This document shows, one piece after another, positions 19,410 to 27,499 of a stretch of 46,998 nucleotides of DNA. The notes beneath the pieces are model-generated. The model was not told where the DNA came from and did no database searches. It saw only the letters and a program-made list of their open reading frames with translations. Origin of the DNA: Devosia sp. (GTDB taxonomy: Bacteria > Pseudomonadota > Alphaproteobacteria > Rhizobiales > Devosiaceae); assembly GCA_028290245.1 (NCBI GenBank), contig JAQGKG010000164.1, positions 1-46,998 on the forward strand, given 5' to 3'. Position numbers and translations under genes: made by a program. Within the stretch, counting starts at the first letter, position 1. Every line of letters starts with the position of its first letter.

Positions 19410-20518
19410 TCTTTTCTGCCCTGTCGCCGCTGCTGCGCATTCCGGCGCTCTCAGGCCTGACGCGCGAAGCCCTGCTCAACATGGATGCGGAAACCGCGCA
19501 TGGCGCGACCATCACGGCGCTGCGTCTTGGCCTTGCGCCTGAGCAGAGCCATGCTGACCGCGCTGAACTGCGCACCACGCTTTGTGGCCTCAACCTGACC
19601 AACCCAATCGGCATGGGGGCCGGCTTCGACAAAAATGCCGAAGTGCCGCGCCCGCTGGCGTTGATGGGCTTCGGCATGGTGGAAATCGGCACAGTCACGC
19701 CGCGTCCGCAGGCTGGCAATCCCAAGCCGCGGCTGTTCCGTATTGGCGCTGCCGAAGGCGTCATCAATCGCATGGGTTTCAATAACGAGGGCCACGACGC
19801 GGCCTTTGCGCGCCTCAAGGGCCAGCGCATTCCCGCGGCGCTGGGCGTCAATATCGGTGCCAATAAGGACAGCGAGGATTTCGTCTTCGACTACGTGCTG
19901 GGCGTACAACGCTTCGCCGACCTAGCCGATTACCTGACGATCAACGTTTCCTCACCCAATACGCCCGGTCTGCGCAACCTGCAGGCCGACGAGGCGCTGC
20001 GCCGCCTGCTCGGCGAAGTGCTCGCTGCCCGGGCCAAGGCCAAGACTCGCATCCCGGTCTTCCTCAAGATCGCGCCCGACCTAGACGAAGCCGCGCTGGA
20101 CGCCATTGCGGCGGTCGTGCTGGCCACCGACCTCGATGGCCTGATCGTCTCCAACACCACCATCACTCGCGATACGGTGGCAGGTCTCGACAATGCCGCG
20201 GAAACCGGTGGCCTGTCCGGTAAACCGCTGTTCGATCTGTCGACCCGGCGCCTTGCTCAGATGCGCCAGCGCGTCGGCGCGCTGCCCATCATTGGTGTCG
20301 GTGGCGTTCACTCGCCGCAGTCGGCTCTGGCAAAAATCCAGGCCGGCGCCAACGCCATCCAACTCTATTCGGCAATGGTGTTTGGTGGGCTAGATATGCT
20401 CGACCGGCTCAAGCGAGGGCTCGTCGCTGCGATCCGCGCCGAGGGCAAGACCAATATTTCCGATCTGGTCGGCACCCAGGTAGACGACTGGGCCGCAGGC
20501 AGGGCGCGGTTGAACTAG
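19406..20518 (+). CDS. pyrD: Quinone-dependent dihydroorotate dehydrogenase
   Basis: AGFDKNAE, GTVTPRPQAGNPKPRLFR, INRMGFNN, NVSSPNTPGLR, KIAPDL, SNTT, GGLSG. Confidence 0.96.
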   Translation: MIFSALSPLLRIPALSGLTREALLNMDAETAHGATITALRLGLAPEQSHADRAELRTTLCGLNLTNPIGMGAGFDKNAEVPRPLALMGFGMVEIGTVTPRPQAGNPKPRLFRIGAAEGVINRMGFNNEGHDAAFARLKGQRIPAALGVNIGANKDSEDFVFDYVLGVQRFADLADYLTINVSSPNTPGLRNLQADEALRRLLGEVLAARAKAKTRIPVFLKIAPDLDEAALDAIAAVVLATDLDGLIVSNTTITRDTVAGLDNAAETGGLSGKPLFDLSTRRLAQMRQRVGALPIIGVGGVHSPQSALAKIQAGANAIQLYSAMVFGGLDMLDRLKRGLVAAIRAEGKTNISDLVGTQVDDWAAGRARLN

Positions 20519-21186
20519 GCCTTCTCGGCACCCGTCGAAAACAGCGCTTCAAACTGCCCATCTTCGATCCGCGCCGCCGCGATCACCGCCTGCGTCCGGC
20601 TATCCACGTCCAGCTTCTGCAGGATGGCCGAAACGTGCGCCTTCACCGTGGCTTCGGAAATCGTCAACTCATAGGCGATCTGCTTGTTCATCAGCCCGTC
20701 GCTGAGCATCATCAATACGCGCACCTGTTGCGGCGTCAGTGTCGACAACCGGCGCATCAACGCAGTGTGGCCGTCATCCGCGCCAAGCATGGTCCCCTCG
20801 GGTACGAACACCTCGCCCGACAGCACAGTCTCGATGGCTCGGCGAATTTCGGTCGGACCGACGGATTTGTGAAGATAGCCCGCCGCACCCAGTTCGAACG
20901 CCCGGCGCACCACCGTATTGTCTTCCACGGCCGAGATGATCATCACCGGAATATCGGGATATTGCGCCCGCAACAGCAGCAGCCCCGAGAAGCCGCGCAC
21001 CCCCGGCATATTGAGGTCGAGCAACACCAGGTCGCAATCGCGATCCGCGTCGAGCGCAGCGCTTAAACCATTGAGATCGCCCGCCTCTTCCACCGTTACG
21101 GTGGCGTCGCCGCCCGACAGGGTCTGGCGCAGGGCAGCGCGGAACAGCGGATGATCGTCGACGATAATGATGCGGCGGCGAGTCAT
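20515..21186 (-). CDS. NarL/LuxR-family response regulator (CrbR/PrlR-like)
   Basis: VDDHPLFR, LLDLNMPG receiver; LTPQQVRVLMML...NKQIAYEL...EATVKAHVSAIL HTH. Confidence 0.9.
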   Translation of the reverse strand: MTRRRIIIVDDHPLFRAALRQTLSGGDATVTVEEAGDLNGLSAALDADRDCDLVLLDLNMPGVRGFSGLLLLRAQYPDIPVMIISAVEDNTVVRRAFELGAAGYLHKSVGPTEIRRAIETVLSGEVFVPEGTMLGADDGHTALMRRLSTLTPQQVRVLMMLSDGLMNKQIAYELTISEATVKAHVSAILQKLDVDSRTQAVIAAARIEDGQFEALFSTGAEKA

Positions 21187-21302
21187 GGTGCGGCAAGCTC
21201 CTCTTGGCCTAGTCTATGAGCAATCCGCCCTCTGGAGTCGACCACTTCTTTCGTCCACCAAGCCGTCTGGCGGCTGCAGCCCGTTGCACAATGCGGCAGC
21301 AC

Positions 21303-21329
21303 TTAACCTGATCTTTACCATGTTTTACC
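21303..21329. promoter_or_regulatory. CtrA-like site upstream of podJ
   Basis: TTAA-N7-TTTAC followed by a further TTACC half-site; GANTC sites nearby at 21235 and 21356. Confidence 0.5.
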
Positions 21330-21395
21330 AAGAGTAAGCGCCATGCCTTCGTGTTGAATCGCGAAGGGTCGTCGCTTTATGACAGGGACTAGAAC

Positions 21396-24300
21396 ATGGC
21401 CCGCGCCTACCCAAATCCAGACCTGTCCGATCAGGCACAGGAGCCGCAACCCGGCGAGTGGCAGGCGCTGCGTGGCGAACTCGTGGCGTTGCTTGATCAC
21501 GTCGAGGGCCGCTATGCCGATGCCGAGCAGGCTGAGCCAGCGATGACCGGCATTTCGCGTCGCATTCGCAATCTGCGCGACCAAGTCGTCGTTCCGGAGC
21601 CAACCGTGCGCCGCCGTGAGGCCTTGCGTACCGTCAAGCGCGCTGTCGACCGTTTCAGCGAGCGCGACGACGCTCATGATCATGAACAGCGCGACGCGCT
21701 GAGCAACGCCATTGCCGAAATCCGCGGTCGCCAGATGTCCGGGTCCGCGGCGGCCCTGGGCAGTCGCGCCAGCGATCAGCCTGAATTCCGTGAACTCAAC
21801 TCGCTGGTCTCCGGCCTGTCGGGCCGTCTGGAGCGCCTTGAGGGCGAGCTGAAAACGCAGCGCGCCAATAACGGCAGCGTCAGTGAAGTCGCCAATCAGG
21901 TCGAGCAACTGACCCATGTGGTCGAACTGCTGGCCGGTGCCGTTGGCGAGACCGGTCAGGTCAAGCGGCTTGAGTCCCAGATCGGCGCGCTGGCCGCCCT
22001 GATCGAAAGTGGCCCTAAGGTCGATCTCTCGACGCTCAATTGGCGGCTCGATGATGTCTCCACCACGGTCGGCAAGCTGGCCGAATTGCAGGCCCAGCAG
22101 ATGGAGCGCGAAATTACGCGCGAAGATCGCAAGGCCAAGTCGCCCGACACCATCGCTCCGGCCATGCATGCCATTGAGGCGAGCGTGCGCAACGTTTATG
22201 ACCGCATCGATTCCATCGAGCGCAATGTCACGCTTTCCTCGGGCGACTTCGAGCGCCTGACCGCCGAAATGGCCGCTTTCACCCAAGTGATGAGGGACAG
22301 CGATGTTGCCCCTGGCAAGCTGGTGGCCAAGGTCGATGCGCTTGCCGCCCGTATTGGCGGCTTTGATAATGCCAATGTCGATGTGGCCGGGCTCAAGCAG
22401 GATATCGCTTCGCTGCGCGACGCAGTTATGGCCGGCATGGAGCCGCGCTTCCTGCGCATCGAAAGCCAGATTGAGGCTTTGGCCGATCGTCTGCCCGGCG
22501 ATACCGGTCAGGTCGAAAGCCAACTCAAGCTGCTGATGGCCCGCATGGACGAAACCGGCAGCCAGCTCAACGGCCTGGCCAAGCTGTATTCCTCCAGCCA
22601 ATCCGACCCGGTTGGCCTTGAAGCCATGGCAACCCTCGTTGCCGAGCGCACCAGCGATGCCATTAGCCGCAAGGCGCCGGCTCCAGTCGCGATGTTTGGC
22701 GCCGATAGCCTCAAGAGCATCGAGGACCGCCTCACCGGGCTGATCAAATCGGCCGGCAAAACACCTGATTATGAAACGCTAGCCGACATGGTTGCCGACC
22801 GCACTTCCGAGGCGTTTGCCCGCTCTGCTGCGCCGGCCACCTCTGGTGGTCTCAGTGAAGAGAGCATGGGCCAGCTCGAAAAGCGCATGTCGGCTCTGTT
22901 CAATACCGCCGGCAGGGACACCGCCGAGCGACTGGCGCGTCTGGAAGCGACACTGGCCGAACAGGCTGATCGTCCCGCACCTGCGCCCTTCGCTGCGCCA
23001 CGCGCCGCTGTAGTTCCACAGACGCCGCCTCCCGGAGAAGCATTCGCCAAACCGACCGCGCGCGAAGACGATATGGTCAATGATCGTTTTGACGCCATGC
23101 TGTCGGCCCTCTCGGCTCCGCGGTCTTCAGCCAAGAGCGACATCATGCCGGCCAATCCGGACGATGATGCCCCGCTGGTCGATCCCGGCTTCAAGGACCA
23201 GGGCCATGTGCGTTCCGCGCTCGAGGCCAAGGTCGGCGTATCTCCGCGCCTGCCTGTTGCCCAACAGCCCGTCGCGCCACCCCACGCTGCAGAAACGCCC
23301 GCCTTTGATCCAAGCATAGTCGAGCGCCCGCCGCGTCCGCAGTCAAGCTTTGCCAAAGTAGAGAGCGATCCCTTTACCGCTCCCTCGGCCCTCGCCGTGC
23401 CCTCGGTTGAGGCGCCGACCAATGCCAGCAGCACCAGCACGTTCGTTGCTGCAGCGCGCCGTGCCCAGCGTGCCCGTCAGGAAACCAGTGCCGCCGCTGG
23501 TGCCACCAGCAATTCATTGATCAGTCGCGCCCTGTCGCGCGTCATGCCGTCTCAACCGGCTGCCGCTCCTAGCCTCGAAGCTGCCGACATTGCTGCACCG
23601 TCCAAGGCGGAAAAGCCGGCCAAGCCGGTTAAGCAGAAGAAAGAAAAGCCGGTTGCAGCGCCTGTCGTCGCGCCAACTTTTGGCGAGGGCGACGTCGATG
23701 CGCCGCTCGTACAGCAGAGCTTCCTCACTCGTCATCGCCGCCCGTTGTTGCTGGCCGCAACGCTGATCGCGGTTTCCATGCTGGCGCTCAATCTGCTGAT
23801 CCAGCGCATGGGCAGCGACACGTCTGAACCGGTACTCGCGCCACAAGCGGAAGTCGCTCCTGCTGCCGACCCGACCGCTGGCGACGTTTCGCTGGTCCGG
23901 CCGGAGCCGCGCGTCATCGACATGATCGACGACACCGCCACCGGCTCGATCAATCCCAATGCAGGGATGAGCTTTACCAAGTCGGCCATCCCTTCGATGC
24001 CGTCGACCTTGCTGGCCTCGACTAGTGGCCCTGCCGAAATCGCACTGCTTGATGCGCCGGCCGAAACTGCGCCGGATGCTACCGCCAGCATTCCAGCCAC
24101 CACCGAGCCGCAAACCTTCGAGCTGCCTGCTGAAGCCGTCGGTCCGCTCGATCTGCGCCAGGCTGCAGCCAATGGCGACGCTCGGGCCCAGTTCGAAATT
24201 GGCGCCATCTACACCGAAGGCCGCGCCGTTACCCAGGACTATGCGGAAGCCGGCAAATGGTACGAACGCTCCGCAGCGCAGGGCTTTGTCCCCGCGCAAT

Positions 24301-24971
24301 ATCGGCTCGGCAATCTCTATGAAGCCGGCCAAGGTGTCGAAAAAGACATCGAGAACGCCAAGCTCTGGTACCAGCGTGCGGCCGAAGCGGGCAATCGCAT
24401 GGCCATGCACAACCTCGCTGCACTTTACGCAGGTGGCCTGCTCGGTGAGCAGCAGTTCGAAACCGCCTCCGAGTGGTTTGCCCAGGCTGCCGCCAAGGGC
24501 ATGACCGACAGCCAGTTCAACCTCGGCATGCTGTATGCCCGCGGTCTCGGCGTCGAACAGGACTTTGCCCAGTCCTACAAGTGGTTTTCGCTGGCCGCCC
24601 GCAACGGTGACAAGGATGCGGCCCAGGCGCGCGACGACATGGCCAAGTCGCTCAATGCCGAGCAGGTCAACACGATCAACACCGAGGTCGCTGGGTGGAA
24701 GTCCGAACCGCTCGATCTGGCCGTCAACTTCGCGCCACTGGGCACCTGGTCCAAGACCTTCGATCCGGGCCAGGTCATCACCACGCGAGACGTCGTCTCC
24801 AAGGTGCAACTGGTGCTCAACAAGCTGGGCTTCGATGTCGGCACCGCCGATGGTGTGGCCGGTCCCAAGACCGCAGTGGCTATCAAGGCCTTCGAGCGCG
24901 GCACTGGAATGACAGAAACCGGCGCCATCAATCCACGCCTGCTGGCGGTTCTCGGTAGTCAGCCAGTCTGA
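21396..24971 (+). CDS. podJ: PodJ-like polar organising protein
   Basis: Long coiled-coil N-terminus, Pro/Ala-rich disordered region, one TM (RRPLLLAATLIAV), Sel1 repeats (AQYRLGNLYE, AMHNLA, SQFNLG) and C-terminal PG-binding domain (ADGVAGPKTAVAIKAF). Confidence 0.85.
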   Translation: MARAYPNPDLSDQAQEPQPGEWQALRGELVALLDHVEGRYADAEQAEPAMTGISRRIRNLRDQVVVPEPTVRRREALRTVKRAVDRFSERDDAHDHEQRDALSNAIAEIRGRQMSGSAAALGSRASDQPEFRELNSLVSGLSGRLERLEGELKTQRANNGSVSEVANQVEQLTHVVELLAGAVGETGQVKRLESQIGALAALIESGPKVDLSTLNWRLDDVSTTVGKLAELQAQQMEREITREDRKAKSPDTIAPAMHAIEASVRNVYDRIDSIERNVTLSSGDFERLTAEMAAFTQVMRDSDVAPGKLVAKVDALAARIGGFDNANVDVAGLKQDIASLRDAVMAGMEPRFLRIESQIEALADRLPGDTGQVESQLKLLMARMDETGSQLNGLAKLYSSSQSDPVGLEAMATLVAERTSDAISRKAPAPVAMFGADSLKSIEDRLTGLIKSAGKTPDYETLADMVADRTSEAFARSAAPATSGGLSEESMGQLEKRMSALFNTAGRDTAERLARLEATLAEQADRPAPAPFAAPRAAVVPQTPPPGEAFAKPTAREDDMVNDRFDAMLSALSAPRSSAKSDIMPANPDDDAPLVDPGFKDQGHVRSALEAKVGVSPRLPVAQQPVAPPHAAETPAFDPSIVERPPRPQSSFAKVESDPFTAPSALAVPSVEAPTNASSTSTFVAAARRAQRARQETSAAAGATSNSLISRALSRVMPSQPAAAPSLEAADIAAPSKAEKPAKPVKQKKEKPVAAPVVAPTFGEGDVDAPLVQQSFLTRHRRPLLLAATLIAVSMLALNLLIQRMGSDTSEPVLAPQAEVAPAADPTAGDVSLVRPEPRVIDMIDDTATGSINPNAGMSFTKSAIPSMPSTLLASTSGPAEIALLDAPAETAPDATASIPATTEPQTFELPAEAVGPLDLRQAAANGDARAQFEIGAIYTEGRAVTQDYAEAGKWYERSAAQGFVPAQYRLGNLYEAGQGVEKDIENAKLWYQRAAEAGNRMAMHNLAALYAGGLLGEQQFETASEWFAQAAAKGMTDSQFNLGMLYARGLGVEQDFAQSYKWFSLAARNGDKDAAQARDDMAKSLNAEQVNTINTEVAGWKSEPLDLAVNFAPLGTWSKTFDPGQVITTRDVVSKVQLVLNKLGFDVGTADGVAGPKTAVAIKAFERGTGMTETGAINPRLLAVLGSQPV

Positions 24972-25020
24972 CATTGAACTGTCGTTTGACACTGACTTCG
25001 GTCGGTTTTAAGCCGCATTG

Positions 25021-25047
25021 AAGGTTCCGCCGCAAGGCGGGGCCTTT
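25021..25047 (+). terminator. Hairpin after podJ, probable terminator
   Basis: AAGGTTCCGCC / GCAA / GGCGGGGCCTT, short T run. Confidence 0.55.
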
Positions 25048-25113
25048 GACCTATTGTTGACGCACGGTCCTGTATGGTCGTGTGACGTAGTAATGTCTTG
25101 AACGGGTCCGGTC

Positions 25114-26040
25114 TTGCAGATCTATCTGCCGATCGCTGAAATGTCGGTGAACCTCTTTTTCCTCGTGGGGATTGGAGGGGCAGTCGGATTTTTGTCGGGT
25201 CTGTTCGGCGTCGGCGGTGGCTTCCTGTTGACGCCGCTGCTTATTTTCTCCGGAGTACCAGTGCCTGTCGCCGTGGCTTCCGTGACCGGCCAGGTGGTGG
25301 CGGCTTCGACCTCGGGTGCCCTGGCGCACTACAGGCGCGGGGCCGTCGACCTGCATCTCGCCATGTATTTGGTGCTGTCGGGCGTACTCGGGGCCTTTGG
25401 CGGTGTCGCGGTATTTGCCCTACTGCGTGATGCCGGTCAGCTCGATCTGGTGATTTCCCTCGGCTTCCTGATCCTGCTCGGTTCGGTCGGCACGCTGATG
25501 CTGGTCGAAAGCACGCGCGCTATCCTCAAGCAGCGCAAGGGTATCGTGGTGCGCGAGCGCCTGCCCAACCAGCATAACTGGATCCACGGCCTGCCGATGC
25601 GGGTGCGGTTCAAGAAATCGCGGCTTTATATCAGCGTGCTGCCGGTGCTGGTGATCGGGCTATTTATCGGCTTTGTCGGATCGCTGCTCGGCGTAGGTGG
25701 CGGCTTTATCATGGTGCCAGCGCTGGTTTATCTGCTGCGGGTGCCCGGCAATGTCGTCATCGGTACCTCGCTGGCACAGGTGGTGGCGATGATGGCCGCG
25801 ACTACTATTTTGCACGCCGTGCAGAGCCAGAGCGTCGATATCCTGTTGGCTTTCTGCCTGATGGTGGGCGGTACTGCTGGCGCTCAGTTTGGCGCGTCGG
25901 CTGGTAAATATCTGCGTGGCGAACAGTTGCGGGGCCTGCTGGCACTGCTGGTCTTGGCCGTGGCCATCCGGTTCGGCCTGTCCTTAGTCATTGCACCAAG
26001 CGACCTGTTTTCCATGGCAGTGGTGGGAGGCAGGCAATGA
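25114..26040 (+). CDS. TauE/SafE (TSUP) family membrane protein
   Basis: Two copies of G.FGVGGGF motif, multiple TM helices; TTG start. Confidence 0.9.
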   Translation: MQIYLPIAEMSVNLFFLVGIGGAVGFLSGLFGVGGGFLLTPLLIFSGVPVPVAVASVTGQVVAASTSGALAHYRRGAVDLHLAMYLVLSGVLGAFGGVAVFALLRDAGQLDLVISLGFLILLGSVGTLMLVESTRAILKQRKGIVVRERLPNQHNWIHGLPMRVRFKKSRLYISVLPVLVIGLFIGFVGSLLGVGGGFIMVPALVYLLRVPGNVVIGTSLAQVVAMMAATTILHAVQSQSVDILLAFCLMVGGTAGAQFGASAGKYLRGEQLRGLLALLVLAVAIRFGLSLVIAPSDLFSMAVVGGRQ

Positions 26041-26795
26041 GGCAACTTGCTCTTGCCCTGCTTTTTATGGCCAGCTTGCTGGCGCCTGCCCAGGCGGCTC
26101 GCTTGATCTCGCAGGTCTCCAACGATAGCGTCGAAATCACCTCGAGCTTTGCTGGCGAGCGGATGAATTTCTTTGGCACCATTGTACCCGATGCGGGCTC
26201 TGCCGAGGCGATCACCGGCCCGTTCCAGGTCGTGGTCGTGGTGCTCGGTCCAACCCAGAACCGCGTCGCGCGGCAGATGACCAACAATTTCGGTATCTGG
26301 AGCAACACCGGGCAGGTGGAGTTCAAGAACTTCCCGAGCTACTTCCATGTGCTGTCGAGCGGCCGGCTGAACGAGATAACCGACATCACGACGCTGACCA
26401 CCAACTTCATTCTGCCGGAGTCTCATACGCTGGTCGTCAATACCGACGACTGGTGGCGCAGCGCTGTCTATGGCCAGCAACTGGTGCGGCTGATGACCGA
26501 GCAGGGCCTGTTCGGCGTTCAGGAAAATGGCGTCAACTTCCTGTCGGATACCTTCTATTCGGCACGCCTAACCCTGCCCAGTAACGCGCCGCCGGGGCCC
26601 TATATCGCGCTGACCTATGTGTTCAAGGATGGCGCCATCATAGCTCGCCGATCTGAAGGTTTCGCGGTGCGCAAGATCGGCTTTGAGCGGTTTCTGGCGC
26701 TATCGTCCACCCAGCAACCGCTGCTTTACGGCCTGGTCTGCGTGCTTCTGGCACTCTTTACCGGCTGGTTCGGCGGCGTGCTGTTCAAGCGCTAG
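26037..26795 (+). CDS. TIGR02186-family conserved exported/membrane protein
   Basis: Signal peptide, ITSSFAG..FFG, GIWSN, VRKIGFERFL, C-terminal TM; coupled to the TauE gene. Confidence 0.85.
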   Translation: MRQLALALLFMASLLAPAQAARLISQVSNDSVEITSSFAGERMNFFGTIVPDAGSAEAITGPFQVVVVVLGPTQNRVARQMTNNFGIWSNTGQVEFKNFPSYFHVLSSGRLNEITDITTLTTNFILPESHTLVVNTDDWWRSAVYGQQLVRLMTEQGLFGVQENGVNFLSDTFYSARLTLPSNAPPGPYIALTYVFKDGAIIARRSEGFAVRKIGFERFLALSSTQQPLLYGLVCVLLALFTGWFGGVLFKR

Positions 26796-27499
26796 CCCCG
26801 TACCAAACGCTTGGGGCTAACCGGATAAGTACGTTCCTTGCCCAGCATCGTCACTTCCAGTGCCGGCCAGTGGAACAGGCCGACGAAGGCCGGCGACATG
26901 ATGTTGATCGAGCCGGTCGAGGCGCCATAGGCTGGCAAGATCAACAGCCGGTTGTCATGCACGAAACATGGGCGCCGGGTGGAACGCCCGTCGATGTGGA
27001 TATGGGCCGCTGGGTGCAAATGGCCCGCCATCAAGCCGATTGTGCCGCGTTTGGGCTCGTGCGTCAGCATCATTCCGTCGATCATAAGTTCCGGCAGGCA
27101 GGTGCCGCCGATGGCGTGGGGGGCGGGATCGTGATTGCCGGAAAGCCAGATGCAATCGACCAGATCGGTTAGCGTATCGAGCCGCATACGGTCCGAATTG
27201 GTTAGCAGACTGCTAGCATCGGCGCGGTGAAAACTGTCACCGAGTGACACCATGCGCTTCGCCCCGGTGCGGCGCAGGTCAGCCTCGAGCCGCGCCAGGG
27301 TCAAACCGGTATCGTATGGCGGCAGCATCTGACCGCGCCGCGCAAAGCTCGCCATCTTTTCGAAATGCAGGTCGGCGACCAGCAACGTCTGCTGGGCGTG
27401 CCAATAGAGGCCTCCCGAGGGCAGGGGTTCGAAATTGTTTCCAGCAAAGCGCAGGATCGGCGTCTCCGTGATCTCGGCTTTATATAGGGTCTGACCCAA
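26792..27499 (-). CDS. pdeM: Ligase-associated DNA damage response metallophosphoesterase/endonuclease
   Basis: VADLHFEK, LPPYDT, LGDSFH, GNHD, HEP, GHLHP, LPAYG. Confidence 0.9.
   Translation of the reverse strand: MGQTLYKAEITETPILRFAGNNFEPLPSGGLYWHAQQTLLVADLHFEKMASFARRGQMLPPYDTGLTLARLEADLRRTGAKRMVSLGDSFHRADASSLLTNSDRMRLDTLTDLVDCIWLSGNHDPAPHAIGGTCLPELMIDGMMLTHEPKRGTIGLMAGHLHPAAHIHIDGRSTRRPCFVHDNRLLILPAYGASTGSINIMSPAFVGLFHWPALEVTMLGKERTYPVSPKRLVRG

Noticed and set aside
21315-24992. Long antisense ORFs (428 aa, 492 aa) opposite podJ, and similar ones opposite cheR, cheB, the MCPs and hemA
   Set aside because: Typical shadow ORFs of high-GC coding DNA; no recognisable motifs or RBS.
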